This document shows, piece by piece, positions 51,265 to 61,582 of a DNA stretch of 64,000 nt (its first letter is position 1; the number at the start of each line of letters is the position of its first letter). The translations under genes were made by a program, and so were the position numbers. The notes under the pieces are model-generated. The model made no database searches and had not been told where the DNA came from. It saw only the letters and a program-made list of their open reading frames with translations. The stretch is from Thermoanaerobaculia bacterium (GTDB taxonomy: Bacteria; Acidobacteriota; Thermoanaerobaculia; Multivoradales; UBA5704). Location: NCBI GenBank assembly GCA_044226625.1, contig JBGAGQ010000005.1, forward strand, positions 1 to 64,000, given 5' to 3'.

Positions 51265-53067
51265 TCAGGCGGGCAGCCGGACGCGGAACGTCGAGCCCTG
51301 GCCCGGGCGGCTCTGCACTTCGACCTGGCCGCCGTGGGTCTGGGCGACGTGCTTGACGATCGAGAGGCCGAGGCCGGTCCCCCCCTCGTCCCGGGAGCGG
51401 CCTTTGTCCACGCGGTAGAAGCGCTCGAAGAGACGCGGGAGCGCCTCGGCCGGGATGCCGATCCCGGTGTCCTCTACCTCGAAGACGTACCCCGGGGGGC
51501 CGGCGTCGGGGGCGGCGCGGGCGAGACGGAGCCGGACCGACCCGCCGGGGCGGTTGTACTTGATCGCATTAGCGAGCAGGTTGGTGAGCATCCTCTCGAT
51601 CCCCTCGGCGTCGCAGACCAGGGTCCAGGTCCCGTTGGCCGAGGCCGGAGCCGGCTCGAGCGTCAGCTCGACCCGGCGCTCGTCGGCGACGGAGGCGAGC
51701 CCCTCGGTCGCACGGCGGGCGATCGCCAGAAGATCGGCGGGCGCGCGGCCGGTCCGTTCGCCGACGCTTTCGAGTCGGCCGAGCGTGAGCAAGTCGTCGA
51801 GCAGCGCCTGGAGCCGCCGGCAGTGCTCGAGGATGCGGAGGATGAAGCGCGCCGCCGTGTCGGGCTCGGCGAGCGCGCCGTCGCGTAGCGTCTCGGCGAA
51901 ACCCCGGATCGCCGAAAGCGGCGTCTTCAGCTCGTGCGAGACGTTGGCGACGAAATCCCGGCGCATCTCGTCGAGCCGCTTGCCCGCCGTCGTGTCGCGG
52001 GCGACCAGCACCGCCCCGGCCAGGCGGTCTTCGTCGAACAGCGCGTCGCTCCGCACCTCGATCGTCCGGCGCTCCGGCCCGTCGGAATCGAGCTCGAGCT
52101 CCAGGCTCGCGGTGCCACTCCGGTCCGCCCCCTGCAGCGTCGATTCGATCAGCCCCTCCACCTCCGGGCGGCGCAGGACCTCGAGCATCGCCCGCCCTTC
52201 GACGTCGCCGGAGAGGCCGAACAGGCGCTGGAACGCCGGGTTGGTCAACTGGGCGCGGCGGTCGGCGCCGACCACCAGGACCCCTTCCGACATGCTCGCG
52301 AGGATCGCGCGCAGATGGTCGCGCTCCTGCTCGATCATCGCGAGCTGGCGCTCGATCGCGCCGCCGAGGCGGTTGAGCGAGAGGGCGAGGGCCGAGAGCT
52401 CGTCGTCGTCGGGGACCACGACCCGATGGTCGTATCGCCCGTTGGCCAGCTCGCCCGCGCCGGCCGCGAGGAGGGAGAGGGGGCGGAAGAGCCGGCGGTC
52501 GTTCCACCAGCCGAGGCCCAAGCTGATCGCGAGGGCGGCGGCGAGTGCCAGCGCGAGGGCGGCGGCGAGATGGCCCGAGAGGGCCTTGAGCGCGTCGAGA
52601 GGCTGCGCGAGGCGGAGGACGATCAAGCGCCCGCCCCGGCCCGGCAGCGTACGCGCGGCGTAGACGTACGGGTCGCCGGTGGTCGCGCTCCACCGCGTCG
52701 ACCATCCTTCCCCGCGCGCGAGCGCCTCCACCACCTCGGGGCGATTCGCGTGATTCGAGAGGGTGCCCAGGGTCGCGAGGGTGCGGGTGCTCTCGGCGAT
52801 CACCCGGCCGTCCTCCGCGATCACCGTGACCCGCAGGTTCCCGCGCGTCGCCGCCTGCTCGGCCCAACTCTGAAGACCGGCGGGGGGGCGAAGGTCGGCC
52901 GCGGCCGCCTCGGGGCCGATCAATCGCAGGCTTTGGTAGAGGTCGTGCGCGGTGGCCTCTTCGAGCAGCCCGGGGAGCAGCCGCCAAAGCAGGAGGGCCG
53001 CCACGCCGAGGGCGGCCACGGCGGGCAGGAGCGGGGCGATGCGCAGCCGCCGGGCGCGGGGAATCAA
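51265..53067 (-). CDS. phoR: Phosphate regulon sensor histidine kinase (HAMP-PAS-HisKA-HATPase)
   Basis: NHANRPEV, DFVANVSHELKTPL, NLLANAIKY, DTGIGIP, FERFYRVDKGRSR..GGTGLGL; TTG start overlaps the phoB stop. Confidence 0.9.
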   Translation of the reverse strand: MIPRARRLRIAPLLPAVAALGVAALLLWRLLPGLLEEATAHDLYQSLRLIGPEAAAADLRPPAGLQSWAEQAATRGNLRVTVIAEDGRVIAESTRTLATLGTLSNHANRPEVVEALARGEGWSTRWSATTGDPYVYAARTLPGRGGRLIVLRLAQPLDALKALSGHLAAALALALAAALAISLGLGWWNDRRLFRPLSLLAAGAGELANGRYDHRVVVPDDDELSALALSLNRLGGAIERQLAMIEQERDHLRAILASMSEGVLVVGADRRAQLTNPAFQRLFGLSGDVEGRAMLEVLRRPEVEGLIESTLQGADRSGTASLELELDSDGPERRTIEVRSDALFDEDRLAGAVLVARDTTAGKRLDEMRRDFVANVSHELKTPLSAIRGFAETLRDGALAEPDTAARFILRILEHCRRLQALLDDLLTLGRLESVGERTGRAPADLLAIARRATEGLASVADERRVELTLEPAPASANGTWTLVCDAEGIERMLTNLLANAIKYNRPGGSVRLRLARAAPDAGPPGYVFEVEDTGIGIPAEALPRLFERFYRVDKGRSRDEGGTGLGLSIVKHVAQTHGGQVEVQSRPGQGSTFRVRLPA

Positions 53068-53795
53068 GCGTGCCTCGGTCCGGCGGCGGCTTCCATCTCG
53101 TCCGTGCGTAGGCGGTAGCCGACTCCGATCACCGTTTCGATCCGGTCCGCCTCGTGGCCGAGCTTCCGGCGCAGGCGACGGATGTGGGTGTCGACCGTCC
53201 GGCTGTCGATGTCGTCGGCGTATCCCCAGACGTCGGAGAGCAGCTGGCCGCGGGTCTGGACCCGGCCGCCGCGCTCGATCAACAGGCGCAACAGGCGGAA
53301 CTCGGTGGCGGTCAGGGGAACCTCCTCGCCGGCGACCCAGAGCCGGTGTCCGGCGACGTCGAGCACGATGTCGCCGATCTCCAGGCGCTCGTCGCCCGAC
53401 GCCGGCTCGACCTCCGGGAGGCGGCGGCGCAGTACGGCCTTGACCCGGAGCACCACCTCGCGCGGCGAGAACGGCTTGCTGACGTAGTCGTCCGCCCCGA
53501 GCTCCAGACCGACGATCCGATCGACCTCCTCGCCGCGAGCGGTGATCATGACGATCGGCACCCGCGAGGTGGCCGACTCCCGCTTCAAGGCGCGCATCAC
53601 CTCGAGACCGTCCATGCCGGGAAGCATCAGGTCGAGCAGGATCAGGTCGGGCACGGGGTCGTGCCGGGCGGTCTCGAGACCGGCCTCGCCGCGCCCGGCG
53701 ATCTCCACCCGGAACCCCTCTTTTTCGAGGTTGTAGCGGAGGACCTCGGCGATGTCCGGCTCGTCCTCGACGATCAGAATTCGTTCTCTGATCAC
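53064..53795 (-). CDS. phoB: Phosphate regulon response regulator (PhoB/PhoP)
   Basis: ILIVEDE, LLDLMLPGMDG, GADDYVSKPFS, RTVDTHIRRLR; located in the ppx-phoR-phoU cluster. Confidence 0.9.
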   Translation of the reverse strand: MIRERILIVEDEPDIAEVLRYNLEKEGFRVEIAGRGEAGLETARHDPVPDLILLDLMLPGMDGLEVMRALKRESATSRVPIVMITARGEEVDRIVGLELGADDYVSKPFSPREVVLRVKAVLRRRLPEVEPASGDERLEIGDIVLDVAGHRLWVAGEEVPLTATEFRLLRLLIERGGRVQTRGQLLSDVWGYADDIDSRTVDTHIRRLRRKLGHEADRIETVIGVGYRLRTDEMEAAAGPRHA

Positions 53796-53962
53796 GGTTT
53801 GCGAGCCTAGCACGCGAGAATCCGCAGAACCTGTGGAAAAAGCTGAGGAAAAGGCCCGTAAGCCGTTTGTTTTCAATCATGTCGATTTCTCCGCCGGGAG
53901 CCGGCCGAAGCGTCCGTCCCCTTTGCGCACGGCAGATTTCCACAGAATCGAGCGGCCGGCCG

Positions 53963-54003
53963 GTGAAGACCGTGTTAACTCTTTGTGACAGCGCGGTTTA
54001 CAT
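53963..54003 (-). promoter_or_regulatory. Pho box array upstream of phoB
   Basis: Minus strand CTGTCAC-AAAG-AGTTAAC-ACGG-TCTTCAC, three 11-bp-period half sites. Confidence 0.7.
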
Positions 54004-54093
54004 CGTCGGTCCGGGCATTCTGTCCGGGGGCCGATCGGTCCGGGCGAGGAGGATTGGGGCGGACCGATGCCGCGCCCGGAGCTCCCTCGCGCC

Positions 54094-55713
54094 TCAGGAG
54101 AGGGCGGACTCGAGCCCTTGCCGGGCGGAAAGACGCCGGTCGAACACCTTCTCGAACAGCCGGCCGTGCGCGAGCGCCGCTTCGAGCTCGAGGTCGACCG
54201 CGTACGGAGAAATCACCTCGAGCTTCACCCGCTTCGGACGGATCGAGCAGAAGATCTGCTCGACGCGCGAGGCGTGGGTCCGGTCGAGCGCGTCGGCCAC
54301 TCGGAGGAGCGCGGCGAGGGTACGGATGGTCTTCTGTTGCCAGGGCTTCGCGCCCGCGAGCGCCGGGTGGCCCGGTTTCGGGGCTGACCCGCGATGGAAG
54401 CGCGCGACCAGCGCGACGATTTCGACCTCGCTGGGATCGAACGCGTCGAGCGCGGCGTTGCGGATCAGATAAAAGCTGTGCTCGTGATGCTTCTGGTAAT
54501 GGATCGAGTAGCCGATGTCGTGCAGCAGTGCGGCGTATTCGAGCCACTCGCGCTCGCGCCGTCCGAGGCCGTGGAGCGAGGTCGTCAGATCGAACAGCCG
54601 GACGGCGAGCCGGGCGGTCTGGAGGCTGTGGGGCAGAACGCTCTCGGTGCGCTCGGCGAGGCGAAGCACCTGGCGGCGGCGCAGGTCGTCCGGATCGGCG
54701 CCGCGCGGGATCGGCTGTCCGAGCGCGGCGAGCACCAGACCTTCGCGCAGCGCGCGGTCCGAGACCAGAAAGCGCCCGACGCCGGCATGGCGGGCGAGCT
54801 CCTCGAGCAGGATCGCCCCGGCGAGCAGCGATTCGGCGCGTGGCGGCCCGACCGAGGGGAGGGCGGCGATCTCGGCGCGCGACATCCGGGAGAGGCGCTG
54901 GAAGAGGCCCGAGAGGTCGCGGAGCTTGCACGCGCGCAGCCCCGATTTCGGCGCGCGGGCGGCGACGACCGGCGGCGCGGTCCGGGGCGGGGCCGCGAAG
55001 TGGGCGATCAGATCGGCGCAGCAGACTGCGGTTCCGGACGTCGCCACCAGGAGGCCGACCTTCCGCTTCGGAATTTCCCCGATCTCCTCGGCGAGGCGGG
55101 CTCGGATCGCGCGGCGCAGGCGCTCGATCGATCGCGGTCCCGGCGGATCGGCCGCTTTCTCCCCGATCACGGGGCCGGAGATCATCGCGGAGCAGCGGAG
55201 CGAGCCGAGCGCGAGGCTCGCGACCGACTCGAGCTCCCCGTCGCGCGCGGTCACCCATTCGGTGCTGCCGCCGCCGACGTCGACGATGACCGCGCTGCCG
55301 CCGCCGCTTCCGCCGCTGCCGAGATCGACCACCTCGCGGACCGCGCGGTAGATCAGCGCGCCCTCGTCCTCGCCCGACAGGCGCTGAACCTCGATGCCGG
55401 TCTGGGCGCGCACGCGGCCGAGAAACTCTTCGCCGTTTCTCGCCTCGCGAACCGCGCTTGTCGCCACCGCGACGATCCGCCCCGCACCGCGCAACGAGGC
55501 GAGGGTGATCATCTTGACCAAGGCGAGCAGGCCGTCTTCCATCGCTTGCTCCGACAGCTCGCCGCCGGACCCCGAGAGGCCGAACGCCGAGCGGCCGAGG
55601 CGCACCATCTCGCGCTCGCGGCCGAGCACCCGGTAGGAACCGTTCGCCTCCGGGGCAACCACGATCATGTGGATCGAGTTCGAGCCGACGTCGATCGCCG
55701 CGAGCGCGGGCAT
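54094..55713 (-). CDS. ppx: Ppx/GppA exopolyphosphatase with HD domain
   Basis: AIDVGSNS, ATSAVREA, DVGGGSTE, ALREG, LLHDIG, LRVADALD. Confidence 0.93.
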   Translation of the reverse strand: MPALAAIDVGSNSIHMIVVAPEANGSYRVLGREREMVRLGRSAFGLSGSGGELSEQAMEDGLLALVKMITLASLRGAGRIVAVATSAVREARNGEEFLGRVRAQTGIEVQRLSGEDEGALIYRAVREVVDLGSGGSGGGSAVIVDVGGGSTEWVTARDGELESVASLALGSLRCSAMISGPVIGEKAADPPGPRSIERLRRAIRARLAEEIGEIPKRKVGLLVATSGTAVCCADLIAHFAAPPRTAPPVVAARAPKSGLRACKLRDLSGLFQRLSRMSRAEIAALPSVGPPRAESLLAGAILLEELARHAGVGRFLVSDRALREGLVLAALGQPIPRGADPDDLRRRQVLRLAERTESVLPHSLQTARLAVRLFDLTTSLHGLGRREREWLEYAALLHDIGYSIHYQKHHEHSFYLIRNAALDAFDPSEVEIVALVARFHRGSAPKPGHPALAGAKPWQQKTIRTLAALLRVADALDRTHASRVEQIFCSIRPKRVKLEVISPYAVDLELEAALAHGRLFEKVFDRRLSARQGLESALS

Positions 55714-55949
55714 CGCGGAGGGATCGCCGTCGCGTTCTCGAGCTCCCAAGCCGGCCGTCGGATGGCCGAGACGCTGGACCGCGAGTTGGACCGCGAAGGA
55801 CATACCTCCCATGCTAGTCCCGAATCGCTCGAGGCGGACATCGAGCACGAGATCCGCGAGAATCTCGTAACCCTCTCCAACCTTCGCCTTGCCTCGACGT
55901 ACGTCCAGGCAGCGAAACCCGAGAGCGGACGAACCCGAGGGACGAACGA

Positions 55950-56927
55950 GTGAGCATCGAAGAGCGAGGGCGAACGGCGGACGACGACGGAACGGGCGAA
56001 CCAGGGCCGCGGTTGCGATTTGCGCCCTTTACCTACGACGTCGCCACGGGGGAGCTGGTGGGCGATGAGGGTGGGGTCGTTCGCCTGGAGCCCCAGCCGG
56101 CGAAGGTCCTCGCCCTCCTCGCCGGCCGGGCGGGGCAGTTGGTGACCCGAGAGGAGCTCCAGCGCGAGGTCTGGCCCGACGGCACGTTCGTCGACTTCAA
56201 ACGGGGTCTGAACTACTGCGTGGCGAAGATCCGCGCCGCGCTCGGCGACGACGCGGCGCGGCCGCGCTTCATCGAGACGCTGCCGCGCCGGGGCTACCGG
56301 TTCGTGGCCGCGGTCGGTTCGGCGCGGGGAGCGCGCCCGGAACCATCCGGCCACGATCCGGACGAAATCCCGGCAGCCGACCCTGCCGAGCCGCTCGCGG
56401 TTCCCGCTTCGTCGCTGCCGTCGACGCGGCCCGCGACGCTGCCGCCGGGGGTAATTCTGGCGCTAGGGGTGGCGATCGCCACGGCGTTCGGCGTGATCGC
56501 TTGGCTTGCGCGCCATTCGGCGCCGGACAAGCCGACGATCGCCGTCGCGCGGTTCGATAACGAGACCCGGAGCGGTGAGCTCGAACCGCGGGCGCAGTCG
56601 GCCACCGATTCGATCGTGGTAGGGCTCAGCCAGCCGCCGGCGGCGTGGGAGGTGATCGGCAACGCGGCGATTCTCCGGACTTCGCGATCGTTTCGCGATC
56701 TCGCCGCGATCCGGAGCGCGCTCGACGCCGACGCGATCGTCCTGGGCCAGATTCAGGGGATCGACGGCCGTTATCGCGTCGTGGTGCATCTGATCCGGGC
56801 GCGCGACGAAAAGCACCTCTGGGCGGATCTGTTTCCGGTCGGAGAGGGTGGATGGGTGGGAGCCGAACAGAAAGCGGTTGCCGCGGTGCGCGCCGCGGTC
56901 GAGACCCACCACGGCGATTTTCGTTGA
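55950..56927 (+). CDS. CadC/ToxR-like membrane-anchored regulator (OmpR-type wHTH, TM, TolB-N-like sensor)
   Basis: LEPQPAKVL, VTREELQREVW, IRAALGDDA..PRFIETLPRRGYRF; TM; IAVARFDN..HLWA. Confidence 0.85.
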   Translation: MSIEERGRTADDDGTGEPGPRLRFAPFTYDVATGELVGDEGGVVRLEPQPAKVLALLAGRAGQLVTREELQREVWPDGTFVDFKRGLNYCVAKIRAALGDDAARPRFIETLPRRGYRFVAAVGSARGARPEPSGHDPDEIPAADPAEPLAVPASSLPSTRPATLPPGVILALGVAIATAFGVIAWLARHSAPDKPTIAVARFDNETRSGELEPRAQSATDSIVVGLSQPPAAWEVIGNAAILRTSRSFRDLAAIRSALDADAIVLGQIQGIDGRYRVVVHLIRARDEKHLWADLFPVGEGGWVGAEQKAVAAVRAAVETHHGDFR

Positions 56928-57043
56928 AGAGCGGTGGGTGAGGAGCGGGTTCCTCACCCTTTCCTCACCGCGGATCGATCGATCGGCGGGGACTTTTCCG
57001 CCAATCTCCGCCTCCGAACGGACCGCTCGCCGGAGGAAACCGC

Positions 57044-57895
57044 ATGGCCCTCACACGCCGCACCTTGCTCGCCGCCGGATCGACCCTCTGCCTCGCCCGA
57101 ACTGCATTCCCCGATCCAGGCACCACGCCCCCGGAATCGCCTTCGCCGGTTTCCCCGGCCGTATCACCCCGTCCGGCGCCCCTTCCCGAGTCGTTCCCCG
57201 CTGAGCCGCCCGATCTGGTCGCGGAGACGGTCCGGGTGTCGCATTTCGATCTCGCCCGGGTCCGCGAGCTGGTCGAAGCGCGCCCCGCGCTCGCCCGGGC
57301 GACGTGGGATTGGGGATACGGCGATTTCGAGAGCGCGCTCGGCGCCGCGTCGCACGTCGGCAACCGCGAGATCGCGGAGTATTTGATCTCCCGGGGTGCC
57401 CGCCCCGATCTCTTCTCGGCGACCATGCTCGGCCAGCTCGACGTGGTGAAGGTCTGGGTGGCCACATCGCCCGGAGTGCAACGGATCGCGGGTCCGCACG
57501 GCATCACCCTCCTCTCGCACGCGCGCGCCGGCGGGGAGCGGGCGCTCCCCGTGCTCCGCTACCTCGAATCGCTCGGCGACGCCGACGCGAAGCCCGCCGC
57601 CGCTCCGCTCGCCGACGCCGATCGCGACGCGCTGCTCGGCACCTACCGCTTCGGGACGGGCCCGCGCGATCTCCTGGCGGTCGAGATGATCTCCGTGGGA
57701 AGCGGTGGCCAGAGCGTCGCGGTCCGGCGGGCGGACGGCGGACCCCGCGTGCTGCTCCATCGGGGGGAGCGCGCGTTCTCGCCCGCGGGAGCCGAGGCGG
57801 TGCGCCTGCGCTTCTCGGCCGAGAGCCCTGCCCTCACTCTCACCGTTTGGGACCCCGACCCGATCGTGACCGCCCGCCGGTCGGCGGCGAGGTAG
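57044..57895 (+). CDS. Tat-exported ankyrin-like protein
   Basis: LTRRTLL Tat motif; DFESALGAASHVGNREIAEYLISRGA and GPHGITLLSHA ankyrin-like segments; GGAGG RBS. Confidence 0.75.
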   Translation: MALTRRTLLAAGSTLCLARTAFPDPGTTPPESPSPVSPAVSPRPAPLPESFPAEPPDLVAETVRVSHFDLARVRELVEARPALARATWDWGYGDFESALGAASHVGNREIAEYLISRGARPDLFSATMLGQLDVVKVWVATSPGVQRIAGPHGITLLSHARAGGERALPVLRYLESLGDADAKPAAAPLADADRDALLGTYRFGTGPRDLLAVEMISVGSGGQSVAVRRADGGPRVLLHRGERAFSPAGAEAVRLRFSAESPALTLTVWDPDPIVTARRSAAR

Positions 57896-57946
57896 CGCGC
57901 CGGGCGGAAACGGGATCGGGTCCGCTCGGCTACACTACCGGCCGCC

Positions 57947-58690
57947 ATGGCCGACCCGACCCCTTCCGCCCCGCCGATCACGCTCCCTCCGGCCGCGTTG
58001 GACAAATCGGGGCGCGCCGTCCAGGAGATGTTCGCCGGGGTGGCGCCGCGCTACGACCTCTTGAACCACCTGCTCTCCGGCGCGCTCGATCTGGTCTGGC
58101 GTTGGCGCTCGGCCCGGGCGCTCGCCGACGTGGCGGGCGCCCCGGTCCTCGACCTCTGTTGCGGCACGGGGGACCAGGCGCTCGCGGTCGCGAAGCGAGG
58201 AGCCAAGGTCGCCGCGGGCGATTTCTGCGTGCCGATGCTCGCGTTAGCGAAGAAGAAGAAGGCGCCGGCGCGCGCCCTGCCACCGGCCTGGCTGGCGGCC
58301 GACGCGCTCTCGCTGCCGTTTCCCGACGGTCATTTCGCCGCGGCGACCGTCTCGTTCGGCCTGCGCAACGTCGCCGATCTCGACCGGGCGCTCCGCGAGC
58401 TGCGCCGTGTCCTCCGTCCGGGCGGCGTCCTCTCGGTGCTCGAGTTCGCGCTGCCGGAAAACCGCCTGGTCAAGGGGCTCTACCTGTTCTACTTCCTGAA
58501 CGTCCTGCCGGCGATCGGCAAGCTCGTCTCGCCGCGCGGCTCGGCCTACAACTATCTGCCCAACTCGGTCCTTCCCTTCCCTCAGCGGCGCGAGTTCACC
58601 GATCGGATGAACGCCGCCGGCTTCGACGAATCCGAGTGGAAGAACCTGTCGTTCGGCACCGTCTGTCTCTATACCGGGAGGGTTCGATGA
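57947..58690 (+). CDS. ubiE: UbiE/MenG quinone biosynthesis C-methyltransferase
   Basis: MFAGVAPRYDLLNHLLS, LDLCCGTGD, FGLRNV, RVLRPGG, YNYLPNS. Confidence 0.92.
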   Translation: MADPTPSAPPITLPPAALDKSGRAVQEMFAGVAPRYDLLNHLLSGALDLVWRWRSARALADVAGAPVLDLCCGTGDQALAVAKRGAKVAAGDFCVPMLALAKKKKAPARALPPAWLAADALSLPFPDGHFAAATVSFGLRNVADLDRALRELRRVLRPGGVLSVLEFALPENRLVKGLYLFYFLNVLPAIGKLVSPRGSAYNYLPNSVLPFPQRREFTDRMNAAGFDESEWKNLSFGTVCLYTGRVR

Positions 58691-59634
58691 GCGCAGGAGT
58701 TTCGGCAAAGATCTTGGACGGCCGCGCGCTCGCGGCGAAGATCCGCGACGAGGTCGCCGTCGGCGTGGCCGAGCTGGTGGCAAAGGGCGGCCGGCCGCCG
58801 GGGCTCGCGGTGATCCTCGCGGGCGAGGATCCTGCGTCCCAAGTCTACGTCGGCAGCAAAGTCAAGGCGTGCGCCGAGGTCGGCATGGTAGGCAAGAAGA
58901 TCACGCTCCCCGCGAAACTGTCCGCCGACGAGCTGCACGCCGCTATCGGCCAGCTCAACGACGACCCGGCGATCGACGGTTTCCTGGTCCAGCTGCCGCT
59001 GCCGAACGGTCTGTCGGAACGCGACGCCCTGCTCGCGATCGATCCCGACAAGGACGTCGACGGCTTCCATCCGACGAACGTCGGCCGCCTCTGGGTCGAC
59101 GAGCCGGGGTTCACCCCGGCGACCCCTACCGGCATCATCCGGATGCTGCGCGAGCACTACCAGGAGGAGGGGGGATCGCTCCAGGGCAAAGAGGTGGTGA
59201 TCGTCGGCCGTAGCGCGATCGTCGGCAAGCCGATGGCCGGCCTCCTGCTGCGCGAGAACTGCACGGTGACGATCGCCCATTCGAAGACCCGCGACCTGCC
59301 GGCGGTCTGCCGCCGCGCCGACGTGGTGATCGCCGCGGTCGGCCGCCCGGGGTTGATCGGGGTCGACCACGTGCGGGAGGGGGCGGTGGTGGTCGACGTC
59401 GGGATCAACCGGGTGAGCGACCCCGAAATCGTCGGCCGCTTGTTCCCCGGTGACGCGAAGAAAGCCTCGCAGCTCGCCGAGAAGGGATCGATCCTCACGG
59501 GCGACGTCGATTTCGTCGCGCTGCTCGAGAAAGCCGGGGCGGTCTCGCCGGTGCCCGGTGGCGTCGGCCCGCTCACCGTGGCCATGCTCGTCGCGAGCAC
59601 GCTCGCCTCCTCACGGAGGCGGCAGGGGCTCTAA
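58687..59634 (+). CDS. folD: Methylenetetrahydrofolate dehydrogenase/cyclohydrolase
   Basis: DPASQVYV, VQLPLP, KDVDGFH, GRSAIVGKP, DVGIN, PVPGGVGP. Confidence 0.95.
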   Translation: MSAGVSAKILDGRALAAKIRDEVAVGVAELVAKGGRPPGLAVILAGEDPASQVYVGSKVKACAEVGMVGKKITLPAKLSADELHAAIGQLNDDPAIDGFLVQLPLPNGLSERDALLAIDPDKDVDGFHPTNVGRLWVDEPGFTPATPTGIIRMLREHYQEEGGSLQGKEVVIVGRSAIVGKPMAGLLLRENCTVTIAHSKTRDLPAVCRRADVVIAAVGRPGLIGVDHVREGAVVVDVGINRVSDPEIVGRLFPGDAKKASQLAEKGSILTGDVDFVALLEKAGAVSPVPGGVGPLTVAMLVASTLASSRRRQGL

Positions 59635-59653
59635 GCCCTTCCGCTCCCGAGAG

Positions 59654-60277
59654 ATGCCGGACTCGAAGGGCGCGCTCGCGGTCGGCCTCACCGGAGGACT
59701 GGCGGGCGGCAAGTCGACCGTGGCGCGCCTCCTCGCCGAGGGAGGATGCACGGTTCTCGACGCCGATCGGGTGGTCGCCTCGCTCTACCGCCCGGGCGAA
59801 CCGGGGGCGCTCGCGGTGCGCGACCTGTTCGGGTCGGAGATGCTCGCCGCGGACGGCGCGGTCGACCATCGCGCGCTCGGCGCGAAGGTCTTCGCCGATC
59901 CGACGGCGAGAAAAGCGCTCGAAGCCGCGATCCATCCGCTCGTCCGCGATCGCTTCGTGAAGATCGCGGGAGCTCTCCCCCTTGGTGCGATCGGCGTGCT
60001 CGAAGCGACGCTCCTCGTCGAGGCAGGCTACGGTCCGAGCTTCGACCGGATCGTGACCGTCGAGGCACCCCAAGAGATCCGCCTCGCTCGCGCCATCGCC
60101 CGCGGCCTCCCCGAGCAAGACGCCCGCGCCCGCCTCGCGGCGCAAGGCGACGGCCTCACCCGACGCCAAGGTGCCCACCGCGAGTTAGACAACTCGGGCG
60201 ATCTCGACCGGCTCGAGCGGGAGGTAAAGGTGCTGGTCGCCGATCTGAAAGCGCTCGCGCGGGGAGCGCAACGGTGA
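59654..60277 (+). CDS. coaE: Dephospho-CoA kinase
   Basis: VGLTGGLAGGKSTV, LDAD, LEAAIHP. Confidence 0.92.
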   Translation: MPDSKGALAVGLTGGLAGGKSTVARLLAEGGCTVLDADRVVASLYRPGEPGALAVRDLFGSEMLAADGAVDHRALGAKVFADPTARKALEAAIHPLVRDRFVKIAGALPLGAIGVLEATLLVEAGYGPSFDRIVTVEAPQEIRLARAIARGLPEQDARARLAAQGDGLTRRQGAHRELDNSGDLDRLEREVKVLVADLKALARGAQR

Positions 60278-60837
60278 CGAGACCCCTTCACCTCCCGGCG
60301 TTCGTCTTGGTCACCGGCAACCCGGGCAAGCTCGCCGAGGCGCGGCGGCTGGCCGGTGTCGAGTTCGAATCGGTCGCGGTCGACTTGCCCGAGATCCAGT
60401 CCCTCTCGTACGAAGAGATCGTGCGAGAGAAGGCGGCGGAGGCGTGGCGTCTGCTCGGCCGGCCGCTCGTGGTCGAGGAGGCGGGTCTCGGCCTGCCGGT
60501 CCTCGGCGGCTTTCCCGGGCCGCTGGTTCGATGGATGCTCGAAGCGGCGGGAGCCGAAGGTCTCGCGCGCACCGGCCTCGCGCTCGGCGATCCGCGTGCC
60601 ACCGCCACCTGCCTGCTGCTCTACAAAGACGCCGATCGCGAGATCCTGGCGGAAGGCGTGACGGACGGCACGTTGATCCACCCCGGACGCGGCACGAACG
60701 GTTTCGGCTTCGACCCCGTGTTCCGGCCGGATGGAGCGGGCCTCACCTACGGCGAGCTCGAAGGAGCCGAGAAGGACGCAACCAGCCATCGCGGGAAAGC
60801 CTGGCGCGAGCTGCTGCGGCGTCTGAAGGGGAGCTAA
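60274..60837 (+). CDS. Non-canonical purine NTP pyrophosphatase (Ham1/RdgB family)
   Basis: VTGNPGKLAE, PEIQ, GFPGP, FGFDPVF, SHRGKA. Confidence 0.9.
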   Translation: MTRPLHLPAFVLVTGNPGKLAEARRLAGVEFESVAVDLPEIQSLSYEEIVREKAAEAWRLLGRPLVVEEAGLGLPVLGGFPGPLVRWMLEAAGAEGLARTGLALGDPRATATCLLLYKDADREILAEGVTDGTLIHPGRGTNGFGFDPVFRPDGAGLTYGELEGAEKDATSHRGKAWRELLRRLKGS

Positions 60838-60866
60838 TCCCGGCGGATCCATCGAAACGTGCGATC

Positions 60867-60895
60867 CCGTGAGGGGCCGGCAGCACCCCTCACGG
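60867..60895. terminator. Hairpin between convergent genes
   Basis: CCGTGAGGGG-N9-CCCCTCACGG. Confidence 0.6.
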
Positions 60896-60910
60896 TGGTG
60901 ATTGCGAGGC

Positions 60911-61423
60911 TCAGTTGGCCGGATTCTTCGACGTTGCCGCCGCAGCTTTTTCCGCTTCGGCGGTGAGGTTCGGGGACGGGCCGCAGGGCCCGACCCGGGT
61001 CGCCGCGGCCCGGATCCAGTTGACGAAGACGAAGTTGTCGCGCCATTCGACCCACGGCCCGGCCATCAAGTTGACGGTCACGAAGTCGAGCTGCATCGCG
61101 TCGTTGCCGACGTTGCCCGCGTAGTTGCCGAGCATGCTCACGTGATCGCCGTTGCCGCTCGCGTTGTTGCCTTTCTGAAACCAGAGCCCGTGCCATCCGG
61201 AAAAGGTGGGGCTGTACCAGGTGCCGTTGGCGAGGAAGCAGATCTGCTGCGATCCGACCGGTGCCATCCCGGGCGATTTGTCGACCGACCAATTGAGGGT
61301 CCATTTGCCGACCGGGTTGTTCGGGGCTTGCGCGTGACCGGGCGTGATCCCGGCCAGAGCGAGGACGAGGAAGACGGCGGCGAAAGTGGACAGGGGGCGA
61401 AGGGCGAGGGGGCGATCGTTCAT
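60911..61423 (-). CDS. Hypothetical secreted beta-rich protein
   Basis: GGAG RBS; signal peptide; Trp-rich; two Cys (QICF, VGPC). Confidence 0.7.
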   Translation of the reverse strand: MNDRPLALRPLSTFAAVFLVLALAGITPGHAQAPNNPVGKWTLNWSVDKSPGMAPVGSQQICFLANGTWYSPTFSGWHGLWFQKGNNASGNGDHVSMLGNYAGNVGNDAMQLDFVTVNLMAGPWVEWRDNFVFVNWIRAAATRVGPCGPSPNLTAEAEKAAAATSKNPAN

Positions 61424-61582
61424 GTCTTTCTCCATTGAAGGAAGGTCTAAGGAGGCGTTCGCCGTTCGGGCGCGGGATTGGACACTGCCGAAGCTCTGCC
61501 GCCGTCGAGAAGCGGCACCCGGGTAACGCCGGCCCGTTCGCAAACGCCGGAGGGAGAAGACGGCTCGCACGAGGAGACCCCC

